This document shows, one piece after another, positions 59,372-64,000 of a stretch of DNA of 64,000 bases. The notes beneath the pieces are model-generated. The model was not told where the DNA came from. It ran no database searches and was given only the letters and a program-made list of their open reading frames with translations. A program made the position numbers and the translations under genes. Each line of letters opens with the position of its first letter. Within the stretch, counting starts at the first letter, position 1. Source of the DNA: Octopus vulgaris (Eukaryota); NCBI GenBank assembly GCA_951406725.2, contig OX597822.1, forward strand, positions 73,036,001 to 73,100,000, in the 5' to 3' direction.

Positions 59372-60063
59372 TCCATAATAATAAAGGGTAAAATTAATTA
59401 ATTAAGGATTAATAATTTTACCAAGTAGTTCGGTATGTTAAAAAAACCAATATCGGTAAACTTATACATAAAATTTTATAATTAATATAATCAATAGTAA
59501 ACGATAGTTTTTTCTGTAGAATTTTACTCGTTTGCACACGTGGGTGAGTGAGGAGGAATACGAGATCTCATTCGTCTGTTTGAATTCGGAAGTACTGGTC
59601 GTTAGATATATGTTGTCTGATGCCGTCTGGTCAGATAAGGTATGCTTAATCTTTACAGTGCTCTCAAATTTAAAATCTTTAATTACTGTGCTGAAGAGGA
59701 GAAGGATAGCGTGAAATATGATTTTACATTTTTCACATCTCTCTAACTCCGAAACGCGTACACAGTTAATCAAAGCCGGGTGGATTCGTTATTGTTTTCT
59801 CTTTACCTGCGTGGGTTGTTGAGTATTGGTATCTGGGAGATTTTCTTATAGTTTTGAATAGTTAGTTTTAACTGCTATTTCTAAATTTCGGTATGTGGTG
59901 AAGCAAATTTTTGCTGAACCCTAATTATAATCATACTCATAATTTTAAAATTTTATGTATAACTTTACCGATAATGGTTCTTTTAACATACCGAACTACT
60001 TGGTAAAATTATTAATCATTAATTAATTAATTAATTGATTGTACCCTTCATTATTATTATGGA
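59372..60063. mobile_element. Penelope-type element with about 110-bp inverted ends and an internal hammerhead
   Basis: 59372-59480 is the reverse complement of 59945-60063 (aataattttaccaagtagttcggtatgttaaaa). Confidence 0.8.
59685..59766 (+). ncRNA. Canonical-core minimal type-I hammerhead motif
   Basis: ACTGTG-CTGAAGA-GGAG...CTCC-GAAA-CGCG-TA-CACAGT: 6-bp stem I, G-C closed stem II, palindromic ACGCGT stem III and GUA site. Confidence 0.85.
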
Positions 60064-60249
60064 TTATATATATATATATATAGGTCAGTGCTGCGGTTAG
60101 TGACAGGGTTCCTGATACTTACGCTTGAAGCTGGCACAAATAATTTTATAATTGAATGCGAGATTAAGAAAATATTTTCAAAATACTGTTGGAAACATAA
60201 GTATAATAAAACTTTTAACTTAAATTAATAATCGGGGTACCATTGTCAG

Positions 60250-60595
60250 ATGGGTTTCGAATATTTCCTGTATTTTTTCAGTAAGGCAAGGAAGTTCAGT
60301 CCTTATTGCAGTTTTTTTTTTATGTGTGGGCTAGAGTGTTCCAAGTTGTCATCGATGGAGGAGTGAAACAGTTATTTTATGAGGTAGCTTCTTCTACCGC
60401 TAGGGAGATTAGGGAGATGCATTGTCGGAAATGCTCGAGATTGTACAAGGTTGAACGTTTCTTGGATTCTAAAATTAGAAAGAAAAATGTAGGTTTCGCT
60501 GTCATTGTGTCTGAAAAAATACACGTGCTGATTAGACTTTCTTTTGCAATCATTAGTAGTAAGTCCTGGATATTCTTACAGATATTTTTCAATAC
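60250..60595 (-). pseudogene. Decayed CR1-group LINE 3' fragment
   Basis: Minus strand resembles LESxQKRxTxxIxxIxxLxYxxRL and F(F)TxxxxxxWNxL motifs. Confidence 0.45.
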
Positions 60596-61171
60596 ATTAC
60601 ATACACACACACACACTCACACTAATACACACACACACACTCACACATACACACACATTAGTAACACTGTACCTGATGCAAAAAGAACAACAATCGCAGT
60701 AATGCAATTTATATACTTATGAGAAATGTCCAAACCTATTCTGAGAGATTTATTAAGAAAGATCTGTATTAGTTTCCTATTTCGCATTACTTACAACTGT
60801 TCTACCTATAAAACAAATATAGATATATTTAATAGGGTGAAAGATAAATAAGATGATAGTGACTGTTAGTGATAATGCATCGTAACTTGAAGTTTCCTGT
60901 TCAGCCTAGATTAAAATATCAGAGGACAAAAATCAATGTATTTGTAAAATACCCATGACTTATGTGGGTATTTCCAATATTAATTCATCACCTATTATTA
61001 TTGGAAGTGTGTTATCTATCCTTCGTAAATATAATTAGAGCTAGAAACGTAAAATATAATATAGGGAAAAGACTTTAAAACATGACTAAGGTAGGGAAGA
61101 ATTAGTTACAAGTATATAGAAAACTGAAATATAAGTTATCAATCGATTTATTGTTTTTTCTTCCATTATCC

Positions 61172-61465
61172 TGTGATGCACCTAGACACATCATCAGTGA
61201 TGTTTCCTCGAGTTATTACGTGTTTCGAGGATTTCAGTTTCAGACGCCCTCACTCAGGTAGTCAAGTCTGGATTGTCCAAGCTCAAGCATGTACCCATTT
61301 AGCACTACACCTGGTAGCCTTGATTCTTCTAGGGTTCGAACCTCGTGATCCACAGCCACCGCTAGACAACCTTTGTTGCCTCCACAGTCACCTAGATTGC
61401 TGTTCACCTATTGGCCAATGTGATACCCAGCATGTTGAAAGCTCTGCAGAAGGACTGGCTGGTAA
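61172..61465 (-). mobile_element. HERO-like (RLE-type non-LTR) retrotransposon 3' end
   Basis: Minus strand QSFCRAFNMLGIT...VEATK...WLWITR, then a 3' UTR ending catcactgatgatgtgtctaggtgcatc, as I recall for HERO elements. Confidence 0.7.
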
Positions 61466-62090
61466 ACTTCATAAAAACATGGAATGAGATCAGGAATGTA
61501 AATTAAAAGATTAAACATTATACTTAGCTATTTACCAAAAACAACCACACTTTCTTTAAGTGTGATTGTTCTAGCTAAATAGCTAAGTATTGACCCATTC
61601 TGCTATAAGGATATGAGCAAAGAAAGTTAAAGGATTTTAAATAGGCATTGCTATAACGAATAGAATAGTGAAATCAATATTATCTATTACTTAAAACTGA
61701 AGAGAAGAATAGCAACTTTGTATGATTCTTGCTACACACCGGTTGACTATTTAGCTATCCAATTAGCGTTTCCGATGGTCATCCAGTGCTTTAAAAGGTA
61801 CTTGATGCGGTGGGAACAATTAGTAAAAAGTTTGGATTTGATATTTGGTTACTTTGGAGATTCGCTAATGGTTTTAATCATGGGATTCTTCACAACTATA
61901 ATAATTCGCAGCTTTTAGTTTTGTTATTGTAAAGGCGGCATCTGTCGAGGGCTTTTGAAATGTGTTCACGCTCACACTTACACAAACATATATGTACATA
62001 GATAATATGCATGGGTATGTATACATATGTTTAAATATTTGTGATTTTCTCTGCCTCTCTGTCTGTCTGTCTGTCTCTATCTCTGTCTCT

Positions 62091-62164
<74 letters not shown>

Positions 62165-62167
62165 ACG

Positions 62168-62405
62168 CCTTTGAATGCAATGTATACCACGTTTGCGAAT
62201 CTAACGGAGGCCTCAAAAGACATCTTACGATCCACAAAAATCAGAACTCTTCTGCAGCTCTTGGTGGTCTAAATCGAATATGTAATCTGTGTGGGTGTCT
62301 TTTCAGAATATTGTCTGATTCAAAAAGTCACATCAGATGCCATGACGGTTTTAAAGTGTAGATACAGGAGGTGGTCAAACTCTGCATAAGGATTAGACAA
62401 CGACT
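62168..62405 (+). mobile_element. RTE-like LINE 3' fragment with two C2H2 fingers
   Basis: FECNVYHVCESNGGLKRHLTIH...CNLCGCLFRILSDSKSHIRCH*, a short 3' UTR, and microsatellites on both sides. Confidence 0.55.
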
Positions 62406-62414
62406 AATATATAC

Positions 62415-62455
<41 letters not shown>

Positions 62456-63157
62456 AGATGGAATCTCCCGTCGAAGATAACGTGAGGGCGTTCAGCTTTT
62501 GCCGAACGACCTGCACAAATGATATATTTAGAGTGATCAAATGTTCATGATCAGCTCACTCACTCACTCCATCAAATCGACGTTGTTTGAACAAGTCCAC
62601 AGCGCACCACAAGTCGGTATTGAAATTTCGAGAGAACATGAAATAATTCAGTTTTGTGTTGGGGAAAGGTCTAGTACGCAGAGACACGCGTTACATACAC
62701 TGTATGCTTAAGAGAAACACCACAGAAAAGACATACACATGACGTTTGTGCTTATGTGTGTGCATTCCTGTATATGTATGAGTGAATATGTATAGATACA
62801 ATCTTACACACACGCACACTCTACACACACACATATATACACATATACCTTTTAAACAAGAACATGCACTACATCAGCATTTCTCATAAGGATGACCTTG
62901 AAAAGGCAGCGAACAGATTAAATGTTTAATAAAATTAAGATGGCTATAAACTTTTATATTTGCCCAGTGCACGGGAAAGAATAATGAATTATTACGTGGA
63001 TAAATTCACAATTTTGTTTTCACTTTGATAACGAGATGGGGGGGCTGGGTCCAAAAATTCTATTAATATTTTGGTACGGTGAGGTTAGAATTTGTCAATT
63101 TCAAAATAACTACACTTAATAATATGTATATAGATAGATAGATATATATATATATGG

Positions 63158-63193
<36 letters not shown>

Positions 63194-63329
63194 AAAGCAA
63201 TTAAGATTCAAGTCAGTTCTAGTGAATTCACTTGAATGTGGTACTTAACTTAGATGCACCAGAAAACTATATGGTGTTAACCATACAATAATGTGGGGTG
63301 ATTATAAACGTTTATATATATATATATAT

Positions 63330-64000
63330 ATAATAACAAATGCACCCGTTCTTTGGACGGTTTAAGTTGCTTTGGTAGCATTTTTTTCGCCAAATAATTG
63401 AACTACCGAGAAGGTTTATAAGTATCACGGCAATCTATGTTCCCGATTAACCTAGGAACGGAAAATCAAATTGAAGGCTGGTTATTGTGGAGGGCGTTGC
63501 ACTTTAATGATCATAGGATATTTAAGTTTGCAAGCAATACAAAGTAGGGCTACTGAAGTGTTTGGGGAGTAGATTACGGATAATGACTTCAAAATATAAT
63601 TGTTTTACATGAAAGCGAAATTTCTTGTCAGAAACAGTCACATAAATGGTGTAATGAAATTGAGGGAAACCGTTGAAACGACTCCTCTGCGAGTTTATGT
63701 TTTCGACAGCAAAGGGACTTATTTTTTCGGAGAGGTTAAGTTAACAAGAGCCCTTTTATTCTGTCTTCCCACATAGCCTGCGCCTAAACTAACCGCGAAT
63801 GCTGCATAAAGTTAAATTGGCAGGGAGCTTTTTGAAAGAGGCGTATATTTTTCGCTAGTGGAAGTAAAACTCTCATTTGAAGGTTGATTCTTTGGGACGA
63901 AAGATGTGATTGTTTAGAAAAGGCTAGAACGGCTATGCAAAAACGTATTTGAAACAATGGACAACAGTCGGAATATCATAACGGATTGGTAAATAAGCAT
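63330..64000 (+). pseudogene. Decayed Helitron-like fragment (Pif1 helicase remnants), runs off the window
   Basis: Terminal hairpin cccgttctttggacgg at 63345-63360. Translated patches FPHSLRLN and ERLCKNVFE resemble LPPHxLxLK...xLxxNVIE. Confidence 0.35.

Noticed and set aside
62168-62361. Host C2H2 zinc-finger gene exon
   Set aside because: No TGEKP linkers or splice signals, degenerate fingers, and microsatellites on both sides; fits a LINE ORF2 C-terminus better.

Overview
AT-rich, repeat-saturated eukaryotic DNA with no intact host protein-coding gene that I can support. The SINE families, (TA)/(TATC)/(AAT)n density and LINE types look like an octopus (coleoid cephalopod) intronic or intergenic region; this is recognition, not a database result. 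Almost all ORFs in the track are stop-free translations of microsatellites. Real coding remnants are all transposon-derived: a CR1-like LINE RT (2050-3003), a Neptune-like Penelope RT plus GIY-YIG (28075-29241), maT/DD37D and Tc1 transposases, and Tx1-, HERO-, RTE- and CR1-like fragments. Helitrons, MITEs and four tRNA-derived SINE families are also present. The most interesting signal is RNA-level. At least five minimal type-I hammerhead ribozyme motifs sit in palindromic, Penelope-type elements. One is a head-to-head tRNA-headed, hammerhead-tailed SINE-like element (520-1023). Two unrelated elements share a non-canonical core, CCGAUGA-A...G-GAAA. A LINE/SINE pair shares a 3' tail with a covarying hairpin. 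A TE-poor island at about 49.2-51 kb may be the 5' exon or promoter of a minus-strand gene.
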